This document shows, piece by piece, positions 34,033 to 55,387 of a DNA stretch of 64,000 nt. Location of the stretch: assembly GCF_009914755.1 (NCBI RefSeq), contig NC_060926.1. One strand, written 5' to 3'. A model generated the notes under the pieces. The model was not told the DNA's origin. It was given only the letters and a program-made list of their open reading frames with translations, and made no database searches. The position numbers and the translations under genes are program-made. Within the stretch, counting starts at the first letter, position 1, and every line of letters begins with the position of its first letter. The stretch is from the human T2T-CHM13v2.0 reference genome, Homo sapiens.

Positions 34033-34330
34033 GGCTGGGTGCAGTGGCTCACACCTGTAACTGTAGTACTTTGGGAGGCCGAGGCAGGCGGACCACTTGA
34101 GGCCAGGAGTTCGAGACAAGCCTGGCCAACATGGCAAAACCCCGTCTCAACTAAAAATACAAAAATTAGCTGGGTGTAATGGTGCATGCCTGTAATCCCA
34201 GCTACTCGGGAGGCTGAGGCATAAGAATCGCTTGAACACAGGAGACGGAGGTTGCAGTGAACCGAGACTGCCCCACTGCAATCCAGCCTGGGTAAGACTC
34301 TTGTCAAAAAAAAGAAAAGAAAAGAAAGAG
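34033..34330 (+). mobile_element. AluS-type SINE
   Basis: Alu dimer. Confidence 0.9.
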
Positions 34331-34378
34331 GGGAGGGGAGGGGAGGGGAGGGGAGGGGAGGGGAGGGGACGGGAGGGG
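34329..34378. repeat. (GGGGA)n tract, G-quadruplex competent
   Basis: Tandem GGGGA units in the Alu tail. Confidence 0.9.
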
Positions 34379-34696
34379 AAAGAGAAAGAAAGAAGGTCAT
34401 GGTGTTTGAAAACAAAAGAAAAAGAGCAAGAAAACTAACATTTGTTGGGTATATGAGACATATTCTTCCTATGCTTTACATAAGCAATCCAATGGCAAAA
34501 GTATTATTATTGCCTACTTTAAACAAGAGATAATTGAAGCTGAGAGATCAATTAACTGGTCCAGTGTGATGTAAACAGTAATTGGTAAAGATTACAACAA
34601 ATAGATGGAACTGTCTCTAGAATTTCTGCCAGAGAATAGCAGAAGAAAATGGAAGAAACAGGTAGTGGCTAGCTTGTGAAGTGCTTTACTCTATCG

Positions 34697-34978
34697 GCCT
34701 GTAATCTCAGCACTTTGAAAGGCCAAGGTGGGCGGATCACCTGAGGTCAGGATTTTGAGACCACACTAGCGAACATGCGAAATCCCGTCTTTACTAAAAA
34801 TACAAAAATTAGCTGGGTGTGGTGGCCAGTTCCTGTAATCCCAGCTACTCAGGAGACTGAGGCAGGAGAACTGCTTGAACCCAGGATTGGGAGGCTGCAG
34901 TGAGCTGAGATCACGCCACTACACTCCAGCCTGGGCGACAGAGCAAGACTACACTAAACAAACTAAACTAAACTAAAC
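34697..34978 (+). mobile_element. Alu lacking its 5' end, with an (AAACT)n tail
   Basis: Alu dimer. Confidence 0.85.
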
Positions 34979-35053
34979 TTCTGCTCTGTGAAAGACAATG
35001 TTAAGAGAATGAAAAGACAAGCCACAGACTGGAAGAAAATATTAAAACATATC

Positions 35054-35353
<300 letters not shown>

Positions 35354-35715
35354 TAAAACATATCTAATAAAGACTTGTACTTAAAATATACAAATAACTC
35401 TTAAAACTCAACAACAAAAAAAGAAACGATTTAAACATGGGTATAAGATCTGAACAGAGACCTCACCTAAGAAGATATGCAGATGGCAGATAAGCATATG
35501 AAAAGATCCTCAACAACATAGGTGAATAGAGAATTACAAATGAAAATGAGATACTACTACACATACATTAGAATAGCTAAAAGAAAAATGATAATACCAA
35601 CGGCTAGTGAGGATGCAGAGCAAGCGGAACTCTCTTTCACTGCTAATGGAAATGGAAAATGGTATAGCTAATACAAAAGACACTTCGACAGTTTCTGTTA
35701 AAAAAATATGGTCTT

Positions 35716-36420
<705 letters not shown>

Positions 36421-36436
36421 ATATTGTCTTACCATA

Positions 36437-36878
36437 TGTTATGGGTTGAATTGGGTAACTCTCTCCCAAAAGATATATTGAAGTTCTAACCTCTAGTATT
36501 TCAGGATATGAAATTATTTATTTAAAAATAGGTTTGCTGCAGACATAAATAGCTAAAATGAGGTCATATTAGAGTAACCTTAATTCAATCTGACCAGTGT
36601 CCCTATAAGGGAAGAGGCATAGACACTCTGGGAGAATGGCGTGTGAAGACAGAGGCAGACAATACAGTGATGCATCTACAAATCAAGGATTGCTGGCCTT
36701 CACTGGCAAGTAGGACAAAGGCATGGAACAGATTATCCCTCGGAAACATCAGAAGAAACCTACCCTGTTGACACCTATTTCAGACTTCTAGCCTCGAGCT
36801 ATGAGAGTAAAAATTTCAATTATTTTAAGCCCCCCAGTTTGTGGTACTATCTTATGGCAGCCCTAGGAAACTAGCACA
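36437..36878 (+). mobile_element. MLT1B/C-like MaLR LTR
   Basis: TGTTATGGGTTGAATTG...GGCAGCCCTAGGAAACTAGCACA. Confidence 0.75.
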
Positions 36879-38298
36879 CTATATGATCTAGCAGTTTCAC
36901 ACTCCTAGATTTGAAAACCTATGTTGACACAAAAACCTACATGTGAATATGTACAGCAGCTTTATTGTCAAAAACTGGAAGCAATCAAGATGTCTCTTCA
37001 TCTTTGTGAACGAAAAAACGAACTGTGGTACATCCATACAATGCAATATAAATCAGTGATAAAAAGAAAAGGCTATCAAGCTACAAAAAGACACGGATGA
37101 ATTTTAAATGCATATTGCTAAGTTAATAAAGCTGGTCTGTAAATATCATACATATAGGATTCTAATTATATGATATTCTGGAAAAGGCAAAACTATGAAA
37201 TTGTTAAAAATATCAGTGGTTACCAGGGGTTCAGCCCTGGGGGAAATTGAATAAATGAGGCACAAGGGATTGTGTAGGGTAGTGAAACTGTCCTGTATGA
37301 TACTATAATGATGAATACAAGACATTAAGCATTTGTGAAAATCCATTGAACTTTATCGCATAAAGAGTAAACCTGAATGTACGCAAATATTTTAAAAATA
37401 ACCGAGGAGGGCAAAGATACCAGGATGGAAAACAAAATGTGATAAAAGAATGTATATGTATTACAAATGTCTGAAATATCCTCACTGGAGGATGTGGGGG
37501 AATAAGGTGCTGACCTGAGTAACATTGGAAATGAATGGAGTCTATAAGAATAAAGTCAAAAGGAACTGTACATTACACCATGCTCTAGCCAATAAAGTTC
37601 TTTCCCATGGAGGTACAGGTTAACAACTGTGAAACTGCTATTCATGTATACTGGAAATCAGCAATTAAGTAAACAGATGGCAGATGGTGGGACCCACTGT
37701 TAGGGTTAAAGATTACAGATACTTAATGTGTGTGCATAGCAATGTGTGTGTACAGCATCTGCAAACCAAGGAATGTCAAGGATTCCTGGCCTTCACACCC
37801 TGCTATACATGTACATATATATGTATATCTATGTATAAATACACACACAAGTTAGTATATATAATCTCCTTGCTCTATAAGCTGATAGAACCTAGAAGGA
37901 CACCCCTGGAGAAATGGAGCACCCAGGTCCTCATTCTAGTATCGATCTTCAGTAAAATGAAATTAGTTTTTTTTTGAAAAATGACTGATTCTAGACTGGG
38001 ACAAGAAATGCATAGATGAGCCTGAAGCATCCTGTAGTACCAGAAAGTAAGAAAATGCTCAAAAACCCAAACCAAAACAAAAAACTTCTAAAATGAAGGG
38101 GTTATGTCAAAGGGACACAGGAGTGGGTTCCCAATTGCCAAAGCTGAAACAATTTGAGCAACAAGATAAAGAAAGTAGTAATGAATTTTAACTCAAAGTA
38201 TACAATTAATATCCATGAGTCCACACTGATACAAATACATGATTAAGTAAATAAATGAATGAATGAATTCCAAATAATTTATGTATTTACTCCAGCTT

Positions 38299-39066
<768 letters not shown>

Positions 39067-40083
39067 GTAAAACACAACTCTCCATTCCTAAAGTATGGGC
39101 TGTGAATAGTTACTTTCTTCCCAAAAATTCAGTATAAAAAAAGGGGGGGAAATGAGTAACTATACAGTAACAAAACCTGGCAAACACTACCTTAAGCCAG
39201 GTGATTGGGATTAACATTAACAGTGATAAATCATATTGATAGTATGCATACTTTGTATGATGTGATGACAATAGCACTTCACCTCTATGGTCTTCCCCCA
39301 AAAAACATATTCCCCAAGTATAACCACAAGGAAAGTACCAGTTGAATTCCAATTAAGGGACATGCTACAAACTACCTAACCACTAATTTTCAGAACTGTA
39401 AAGGTCTTCAAAAACAAACAGTGTGTGAGAAATTGTTACAACCCAGAGAAGCCTAAAGAGACATTGCTAATATGCAGAGTAATGTGTTTCCTGGATGGAA
39501 TCCTAGTTTTATTTTTATTTATATATTTTTTAAAAGGACATGAGAGAAAAACTGAGAAAACCTGCATAAAGTATGGTCTTCAGTTAATAATAATATATGA
39601 ATATTGGCTCATTAATTGAGACAAATGTACCATACTAATCTAAGATATCAATAATAGGGGAAACTGGGTGTGGGGTATACAGGAACTCTGTAATATCTTT
39701 GTAATAATTCTATAAATCTAAAATTGTATTAAATTAAAAATTTTTTTAAAAGAGCACATTCAAAAATAATAAAGTTGGACTTAGAAACAAGGAAGTAAGC
39801 AGGCAGGTGACACTGATTTAAAGGACTACCGTGTAGTCTCACCAACACACACTTTTAATGCTATCACCTTCATTCTAACTTCACTGTCTTATTCCTTTGA
39901 GCCCTATGTCTTCCAAATTCTTCTGTCCTCAAGAATACTGTCTCAAAAATAGAAAGTCTGGTACCTGGGGACTGTAATGTAATTGACAGTGAGAGTTGGA
40001 GCTGAATCACTCCAATTATTTCACTTGAGGTCAAATATCAGGTCCCGGCATCTTCTAGTTATATGTCCTTGGGCAATTTAATT

Positions 40084-41416
40084 AACCCAGAATTTCATAT
40101 CCGGCCAAACTAAGCTTCACAAGTGAAGGAGAAATAAAATCCTTTACAGACAAGCAAATGCTGAGAGATTTTGTCACCACCAGGCCTGCCTTACAACACC
40201 TACTGAAGGAAGCACTAAACATGGAAAGAATCAACCGGTACCAGTCACTGCAAAAACACACCAAATTGTAAAGACCATCAATGCTATGAAGAAACTACAT
40301 CAATTAACAGGCAAAACAACCAGCTAACATCATAATGACAGGATCAAATGCACACATAACAATATTAACCTTAAATGTAAATGGGCGAAATGTACCCATT
40401 AAAAGACAGAAACTGGCAAATTGGATAAAGAGTCAAGACCCATCAGTGTGCTGTATTCAAGAGACCCATCTGATGTGCAAAGACACACATAAGCTCCAAA
40501 TAAAGGGATGGAGGAAGATCTACCAAGCAAATGGAAAGCAAAAAAAAAGCAGGGGTTGCAATCATAGTCTCTGATAAAACAGACTTTAAGCCAACAAAGA
40601 TCAAAAGAGTCAAAGAAGGCCATTACATAATGGTAAAGGGATCAATTCAACAAGAAGACTTAACTATCCTAAATATACATGCACCCAATATAGGAGCACC
40701 CAGATTCACAAAGCAAGTTCTCAGAGACCTACAAAGAGACTTAGACTCCCACAAAATAATAATGGGAGACTTTTAAAACCCCACTCACAATATTAGACAG
40801 ATCAGCAAGACAGAAGGTTAACAAGGATATCCAGGACTTGAAGACAGCTCTGCACCAAGCGGACCTAATAGACATCTACAGAACTCTCCACCCCAAATCA
40901 ACAGAATATACATTCTTCTCAGCATCACATCGCACTTATTCTAAAATTGACTACATAATTGGAAGTAAAGCACTCCTCAGCAAATGTAAAAGAACAGAAA
41001 TCACAATAAACTGTCTCTCAGACCACAGTGCAATCAAATTAGAATTCAGGATTAAGACACTCACTCAAAACTTCACAACTACATGGAAACTGAACAACCT
41101 GCTCCTGAATGACTACTGGTTAAATAGTGAAATAAAGGCAGAAATAAAGATGTTATTTGAAACCAATGAGAAAAAAGACACAACGTACCAGAATCTCTGG
41201 GACACATTTAAAGCAGTGTGTAGAGGGAAATTTATAGTACTAAATGCCCTTAAGAGAAAGCAGGAAAGATCTAAAATTGACACGCTAACATCACAAGCAA
41301 AAGAACCAGAGAAGCAAGAGCAAACAAATTCAAAAGCTAGCAGAAGGCAAGAAATAACTAAGATCAGAGCAGCACTGAAGGAGACAGAAACACAAAACAC
41401 CCTTCAAAAAATCAGT
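40084..41416 (+). mobile_element. L1PA internal fragment (ORF1 end to ORF2 endonuclease region), truncated at both ends
   Basis: ORFs at 40335, 40531 and 40838 are frameshifted L1 EN-domain pieces (MTGSN..., SDHSAIKL). Confidence 0.92.
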
Positions 41417-42437
41417 TAAGGGCGGTTCCAAGATGGCCAAATAGGAACAGCTCCAGTCTACAGCCCCTAGCATGAGCGACGCAGAAGAGGGGTGATTTCT
41501 GCATTTCCAACTGAGGTACTGGGTTCATCTCACTGGGGATTGTGGGACAGTGGGTGCAGGACAGAGGATGCAGTGCATTGAGCGTGAGCCTAAGCAGGGT
41601 AAGGCATCGCCTCACCTGGAAGCGTAAGGGATCAGGGAATTCCCTTTCCTAGCCAAGGGAAGGGGGTACAAATGGCACCTGGAAAATTGGGTCACTCCCA
41701 CCCTAATACTGTGCTTTTCTGACCGTCATAGCAAACGGCACACCAGGAGATTATATCCCATGCCTGGCTCGCAGGGTCCTACGCCCACGGAGCCTAGCTG
41801 ATTGCTAGCACAGCAGTCTGAGATCGAACTGTAACACAGCAGCAAGGCTGGGGGAGGAGCGTCCGCCATTGCTGAGGCTTGAGTAGGTAAACAAAGCGGC
41901 CTGGAAGCTCGAACAGGGCGGAGCCCACGGCAGTTCAATGAGGTCTGCCTGCCTCTGTAGACTCCACCTCTGTGGGCACTGCATAGCCGAACAAAAGGCA
42001 GCAGAAACCTCTGGAGACTTAAATGTCCCTGACAGCTTGGAAGAGAGTAGTGGTTCTCCCAGCACACAGCTGGAGATCTGAGAACGGATAGACTGCCTCT
42101 CACGTGGGTCCCTGACCCCTGAGTAGCCTAACTGGGAGGCACCCCTAAGTAGGGGCAGACTGACACCACACATGGCCGGGTATCCCTCAGAGATGAAACT
42201 TCCAGAGGAACGATCAGGCAGCAACATTTGCTGTTCACCAATATCCACTGTTCTGCAGACTCCGCTGGTGATACCCAGGAAACCAGTCTGGAGTGGACCT
42301 CCAGCAACTTCCAACAGACCTGCAGCTGAGGGTCCTGACTGTTAGAAGGAAAACTAACAAACAGAAAGGACATCCACACCAAAACCCCATCTACATGGCA
42401 CCATCATCAAATACCAAAGGTAGATAAAACCACAAAG

Positions 42438-43451
42438 ATGGGGAAAAAACAGAGCAGAAAAACTGAAAATTCTAAAAATCAGAGCGCCTCTCCTCCTCCA
42501 GAGGAACGCAGCCCCTCACCAGCAACAGAACAAAGCTGGACGGAGAATGACTTTGACGAGTTGAGAGAAGAAGGCTTCAGACGATCAAACTTCTTCGAGC
42601 TAAAGGAGGAAGTACGAACCCAATGCAAAGAACTTAAAAACCTTGAAAAAAGATTAGACGAAGGGCTAACTAGAATAACCAATGCAGAGAAGTCCTTAAA
42701 GGACCTGATGGAGCTGAAAACCATGGCACGAGAACTACGTGACGAATGCACAAGCTTCATTAGCCGATTCGATCAACTGGAAGAAAGGGTATCAGTGATG
42801 GAAGATCAAATGAATGAAATGAAGCGAGAAGAGAAGTTTAGAGAAAAAAGAATAAAAAGAAACGAACAACGCCTCCAAGAAATATGGGACTATGTGAAAA
42901 GACCAAATCTATGTCTGATTGGTGTACCTGAAAGTGACGGGGCGAATGGAACCAAGTTGGAAAACACTCTGCAGGATATTATCCAGGAGAACTTCCCCCA
43001 TCTAGCAAGGCAGGCCAACATTCAAATTCAGGAAATACAGAGAATGCCACAAAGATACTCCTCGAGAAGAGCAACTCCAAGACACATAATTGTCAGATTC
43101 ACCAAAGTTGAAATGAAGGAAATGTTAAGGGCAGCCAGAGAGAAAGGTGGGGTTACCCACAAAGGGAAGCCCATCAGACTAACGGCGGATCTCTCGGCAG
43201 AAACTCTACAAGCCAGAAGAGACTGGGGGCCAATATTCAACATTCCTAAAGAAAAGAATTTTCAACCCAGAATTTCATATGCAGCGAAACTAAGCTTCAT
43301 AAGTGAAGGAGAAATAAAATCCTTTACAGACAAGCAAATGCTGAGAGATTTTGTCACCACCAGGTCTGCCCTAAAAGAGCTCCTGAAGGAAGCACTAAAC
43401 ATGGAAAGGAAAAACCACTACAAGCCACTGCAAAAACATGCCAAATTCTAA
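42438..43451 (+). CDS. L1 ORF1p, open frame of 337 aa
   Basis: MGKKQSRK...REKG...; uninterrupted. Expression is unknown. Confidence 0.85.
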   Translation: MGKKQSRKTENSKNQSASPPPEERSPSPATEQSWTENDFDELREEGFRRSNFFELKEEVRTQCKELKNLEKRLDEGLTRITNAEKSLKDLMELKTMARELRDECTSFISRFDQLEERVSVMEDQMNEMKREEKFREKRIKRNEQRLQEIWDYVKRPNLCLIGVPESDGANGTKLENTLQDIIQENFPHLARQANIQIQEIQRMPQRYSSRRATPRHIIVRFTKVEMKEMLRAAREKGGVTHKGKPIRLTADLSAETLQARRDWGPIFNIPKEKNFQPRISYAAKLSFISEGEIKSFTDKQMLRDFVTTRSALKELLKEALNMERKNHYKPLQKHAKF

Positions 43452-43514
43452 AGACCATCGAGGCTAGGAAGAAAGTGCATCAACTAACGAGCAAAATAAT
43501 CAGCTAACATCATA

Positions 43515-47339
<3,825 letters not shown>

Positions 47340-48535
47340 ACAATGACAACAATTGGCCACAGGGCAGGGAACATCACACACGGGGGCCTTTCGGGGGTGG
47401 GGCCCTGGGGGAGGGATAGCATTAGGAGAAATACCTAATGTAAATGATGAGTTGATGGGTGCAGCAAACCAACATGGCACATGTATACCTATGTAACAAA
47501 CCTGCACGTTTTGCGCAGGTACCCTAGATCTTAAAGAATTAAAAAAAAAAAAGGAAAAGAAAAAGAAAAAGATAACAGTGAAAAGATACCGAAAGAAGGG
47601 GGAATAATACTAGTGAAGGACGTCATTTGTTTCTAAAGCTAGGGAGAAAAGATCACAGCAGACAGCTAAAGTACACAATACTCCAAGTGAGTATTCAAGA
47701 GTTTATAAAAAAAAAAGTAGGTTCAATAACACAGATGTAAAATTGCTCTCCCAAGGCTTTTCACTATTTGATGAGTCAACAGTCATCACATGAAAATCTA
47801 TTTTTAATTTACAAATCAAAAAGTGGTTGACCTTTAAATTATAAATTGTACTTCCTTCTCTGGCTTCACCACTGTTTTATAATAAAAGCAAGAGAAGGAA
47901 AACCATATTAGAAAACAGAATGAAGGTAGAGTTCATATAATTTACATATATAGAAGTTCTTTTTACTTCAGCACATTTAATTTATTAACTTTCATCCACA
48001 CTGGCATGGTAAGATTCCATAAAAATAGCAGTCCAACTCTACCACTAAATAGATTATTAGTGGTTATGAGCTGTGATCTTACGTCTTGTATGTCATTCTG
48101 TTTATTTCTATGGCCTGATTCTTGTATTCATGTATAAAGTTGAAGATTTTTTCTTAATCAACATTATAAATAGGATATAACATCATAAACCCTGTCAAGT
48201 CAAATAGGTGTAAAATAATGGGTCTTCAAAAATGCTGGTGAAAAGAGAGAAGTAATTAAGTAATTATGATGGACAGGAAGGTGGAAGTTTTTTTTAAGTA
48301 TTGAGGAAATATTAAACGGATTTTGCAATGTATTTAATTAAAAAGTAAGAATGGTTTTGAAAGATGACAACATGTGAATCAGCCAAATGTGAAAAGTGCT
48401 ATGTAATTGTAAATCACAAGAAATGGAAAAGTGATTTGTATAACGGGAACACTCTTGCTGGCTAAGGGTTCATGACCTCTGCATACTCGTTAACTGAGGA
48501 TAAGGGTGTGTTAGAGAATATAAGAGTTAAGAAGG

Positions 48536-48900
48536 TGTCTTAGTCTGTTCTCACACTGCCAATAAAGACATACCCGAGTCTGGGTAATTTATAAAGGAAA
48601 GGGGTTTAATTCACAGTTCCACATGGCTAGGGAGGCTCCACAATCATGGTGGAAGGCGAAAGAGGAGTAAGGTCACATCTTTTACACTGCAGCATGCAAG
48701 AGAGCGTGTGCAGGGGAACTCCCATTTATAAAACCATCAGATCTCGTGAGACTTACTGGCTATCATGAGAACAGCATGGGAGAGACCCACCCCCATGATT
48801 CAACTATCCCCCACTGGGTCACCCCTCCCATCACATGTGGGAATTATGGTAGCTACGATTCAAGATGAGATTTGGGTGGGGACATAGCCAAACCATATCA
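48536..48900 (-). mobile_element. THE1 (MaLR) solo LTR
   Basis: Ends ...AGCCAAACCATATCA; perfect 5-bp TSD GAAGG (48531 and 48901). Confidence 0.88.
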
Positions 48901-49346
48901 GAAGGGTTATGGTGCAGATCAAGTGTTTATCTGAATCCATGGTGAATTCCATAGATTTAAGGTGCATCTAGATTTCTACAACATCAAAATGAGGACCAAA
49001 GTACCAATGGTGTACCATAACTGCTAAGATTTTTCACCATGACTTACTTGTGGAAATCATAAAGGATGCTGTTTGTTACCTTTTATAATATATTTTCTGT
49101 GGACCTCAGCTGGTCTGTTTGGAAAAGAATTTATACACATGCATATACATATATGACATATATGTTCTATACATGTATATATATAAGAGGAAATAGTTAT
49201 GGCTAGTCTTGAGGTTTTGGAGAATGAGTTCATATTTCTATTTGTTGAAAACATATTCAAGGACTAAAAACGTAAGCCTCTTTCAGTCATTTGGACTCTC
49301 AAATTAATTAATTTATGAAGAGCCATTTAGAGCTCATCCTGTTTTA

Positions 49347-49694
<348 letters not shown>

Positions 49695-49976
49695 TCAAAA
49701 GAAAAATTTCTGTTTATTGTTTCCCAAATGTCTATGTCTTGTTTCTCCAATTATATCGCTAAAGTTCTTCACTGGCAATGACTCTTTTTCTAATTATAAC
49801 ATCTAGTCTAAATAAACACCTATTGAATGAAAGAAGAGTTCAAACTAAAAAATTAGGTCATTATAAATTAGCATGAACTATGAACCCCTATATCAACATT
49901 TCTGTATAGGACTCATGTTATTCCTTAAATAAATCCTTAAATTCTCTATTCATGTTTTCCTTAAAAACAGACTACA

Positions 49977-50310
<334 letters not shown>

Positions 50311-50345
50311 CTAAATCATAATTAATTGGGAGAAGTTTTTGATGA

Positions 50346-50730
<385 letters not shown>

Positions 50731-51344
50731 GTTTTGCTGTTATTCTTAAAGACATAATGAAAAACAGCAACACATTTCTCAAACGGTTGTTAAAAATTAG
50801 AACTTTATTGACTTACATTAGTCTGAGAATGTACACAAAGAATATCATAGTTCATGTAACAAGAGCCTCCATTTCAGAGAGAAAACACGAATAGGGATAC
50901 ATATAAGCACATGCCATTTAAATCTATCAGATTGTTGAGTGATAATAAAATACCATTTCAGAACTATGTTTCAAACTCATAGGAAACAATAAACAATAAC
51001 CTTTAGAACAGAATCTTTAAAGTTTAGCTTTTAAGCAAGTACTATTATAACAGAAAAGCTTTTTGGGGGGCTGCATTTCAAAACTCATTCATGCATCCTA
51101 GGTAACAATTTGGGGTCACTAATGTTAATATTAACATATGTATCAGATGCATGTCTAGAAAACACACACACACACACATTCATTCATTCTCATTCTCTCT
51201 CCCCCTCCCTCCTCACCCTCCCATCTTTCTCTCTCTCCCCATCCCCATATACAGACATATAGTCATATGGAGAAAGAGTACATGGAAAATAGCAGACACT
51301 AAAAACAAGCTGTGTAATCTTATAAAAGACATAAAAACCATTGA

Positions 51345-51710
<366 letters not shown>

Positions 51711-52114
51711 AAAGTGAACCATTTTTAAAGTTCTGATTAAGTAGCTTGCCAGAAAATAGTTCATAAATACTAAAGTAGTAAGCCAGAGAGAGGTGTTTAT
51801 AAGTATGAGAACATGGGCCAGTGCTGATTTTATATGACTCTCCAGCTGCCAAAGGCATATGGCTACGTGGGAGTGTTAGAGCTTCAGATGTGCTGTTCCC
51901 ACAGCCCACCCATGAAGATAGTTACAATGACCCTTCAAAAACGTGAGCAAAGTGGTAAGTGATTGTACCAATGACCACCCTCCTCATCCTTAAACCTTAA
52001 GATTGGTCTTCCCTATAAAGAGAAGAATGCTGCATTAAAATATAAGAAAATAAGTGTGAATTACATATTAGCATAAGTTAAATACATAACTATATATGCT
52101 AAGCCTACCTTTAA

Positions 52115-52430
<316 letters not shown>

Positions 52431-52718
52431 GCTGAGTTTTTATTTCTATTACTTTGCTAAACTTTCTTTTCTCAGTTCTTTCTTATTAACCTGTATAAAT
52501 AAATTCTATGCAATGATAATTGAGGATGGGGGCATAAACTCAAGTATTAAGTAGCAGAAAAACAAGGGGCAAAGGGAAAGAATAGCAGGCATGGTCAGGA
52601 TCATCGGGTGTTCCTTTGAGACAGCAAACATATGATAAGGGGTAAAACTAATCCCTTAAGTGAGGATATTTCCAGACAACCTAAAAAAATAGCTGGAATA
52701 TTATAAAAATTGGCAAGA

Positions 52719-52907
52719 GGCCAGGTACAGTGGCTCATGCCTGTTATCCCAGTGGCTCAGGAGGGTGAGGTAGGAGGATAGATTGAGGCCAGGAATTGGA
52801 AGCCACACTGAGCTATGATTGTCCCACTGTACTCCAGCCTGGACAACAAAGGGAGACCCTATCTCTAAAACAAAACAAAACAAAATGAAAATACAAAAAA
52901 AAAAAAA
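52719..52907 (+). mobile_element. FAM/FRAM-like monomer
   Basis: Single 7SL-derived monomer with an A tail. Confidence 0.65.
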
Positions 52908-53019
52908 GGGGGGGGGGGCAGGAAAAAAACTTTTTCTATTTTATTGTTCCTTTATTCCCAGTTGTCTTGATATCATATAATCTTATAAGATTTATTTCTA
53001 TATATAAAATACAAATCAT

Positions 53020-53328
53020 GGCCGGGCACGGTGGCTAACGCCTGTAATCCCAGCACTTTGGGAAGCCGAGGTGACTGGATCACCTGAGGTCAGGAGTACG
53101 AGACCAGCCTGGCCAACATGGTGAAACCCTGTCTGTACTAAAAGTAAAAAATTAGCCAGGTGTGATGACGCACCCCTGTAGTCCCAGGTACTTGGGAGGC
53201 TGAGCAGGAGAAACACTTGAACCCGGGAGGCAGAGGTTGCAGTGAGCCAAGATCATGCCACTGCACTCCAGCTTGGGCAACAGAGTGAGACTCCGTCTCA
53301 AAAACCACAACAACAACAACAACAACAA
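53020..53328 (+). mobile_element. AluS with a (CAA)n tail
   Basis: Alu dimer. Confidence 0.9.
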
Positions 53329-53429
53329 ATTAAGCATTTGGAGTAAATAAATTACCAATGAATGCATTACAGTTAAATGAAAATGAAATTTCATTGTTCA
53401 AAAAGATGTCAGCTTACCCAATAAATATG

Positions 53430-53718
53430 TTTTTTGGTTTTTTTTTTTCTGAGACAGTCTCCCTTTGTCACTCAGGCTAGAGGGCAGTGGCACAATCACG
53501 GCTCACTGCAGCCTTGACCTCTAATGATCCTACCACCTCAGCCTCCAAAGTAGCTGGGACTACAGGTGTATGCCACCACACCCAGCTATTTTTTTTATTT
53601 GTAGAGACAGGGTTTCACTATGTTGTTCAGGTTGGTCTAGAACTCCTGGACTCATGTGATCCACCCACCTAGGCCTCCCAAACTGGTGGGATTATAAGCG
53701 TGAGCCACTGCACCTGGC
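53430..53718 (-). mobile_element. AluJ SINE
   Basis: TSD CCAATAAATAT. Confidence 0.85.
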
Positions 53719-54416
53719 CCCAATAAATATCTTTACAAAAAATAAAATTCAAATACTTTAATTGAAAATTAAAACATATATAAGAGTAAAAAATTTATTA
53801 CATTCTTTGTAAACAAGCCAACAGATTAGAAAACTAAAAAGCAATACTTGGAAAAACATGATTTTTTTTCCAGGAAGATTCATGTATAGATTTCAAAGCA
53901 AAACGAGAACATGAACTTTTTTTTTTTAAGATGATCATTATTGACAGCTAAATAAATAGACTGGAAGATGCAGTACGTGGATTATCTTAAAGCACAGAAC
54001 AGAAAGCAAAATAAATGGAAATACTGAAGGAATAGAAAGACTTGAAAATAGTCCCAGAAGACCTATTTTACAAAAAATAGGTGTTCAAAAAGAGAAAAAG
54101 CACCAGATGGAGGAGAGGCAACAATTAAGTAAATAATAAAGGGAAATTTCTCTGGGCTGGCTTTTGGTGGATAAGTGAAAAGGGAAACCAAGTTTCAGGA
54201 TGGATTAAAGACAAAAGACAAATATCTATTATACCCTTGTAAAATTCATTAATTTTACAAATAAAGAAAAAATCTTCTAAGTGTCCAGAAAGAAAGAACA
54301 ATTATCCATAAAGAGAAAACTAGGACTGGTACTGGTCTAATCATCAACTCTAGAAGCTAGAATAAAATGCAACAGGATCTAAACTAACTGAAACGAAAAG
54401 CAGCAGAAGTTATTAA

Positions 54417-54708
<292 letters not shown>

Positions 54709-55387
54709 TAGAAGTTATGAATCTTATACTCAGCCGAGATACCCCCGATTTGTTACGGGATGGCAAAAAGATATTTAAGGCTATTCAAGATTACCAAAAT
54801 TACACCACTAAAGCAAACCATTTCAGTAAAAATACCTGAGAAAATAACCAAACAATAAAAACACCTTAACATAGATTCAAGATAGGAAAAAAGGAAAAGG
54901 GAATCTGGTAAGCAATGAAGCTTGATATGTGATAATTTAATGGACCATATACACTCTAAATAAAGACTAGAAACAGAAGGGACATAATCCAAAAATCTGA
55001 ATATGCAAAACTGAAGGGAGGTAAGGAGATGGGAAGCTGAAATTAAACTAAAGCAAAACAGATGATATTTTAGTCAAGAGACTAGATGTGATCACCTAGG
55101 AAGGAAGAGTATAGAGACAAGGGAGGAGGAAAAGAGGAGATGTTAACTGGGTATAGAGTTTCAGATTTACTAGATGAAAAAGTTGTTACCTATACCTTAC
55201 ATAATAAGATATAGTTAACACTACTACACTGTAAAATTAAAATGGTTAAGGTAGTAAATTTTACATTGTGTTTTTTTACCACAAGGGAAAAAAAGCCTTG
55301 GAGCACTACAACAATGAGAAGTCAAGAGAGGGGAAGAATCCAGCAAAAGAGAATGAGAAGGAATGTCTAGTTATGTAAAAGATACTA

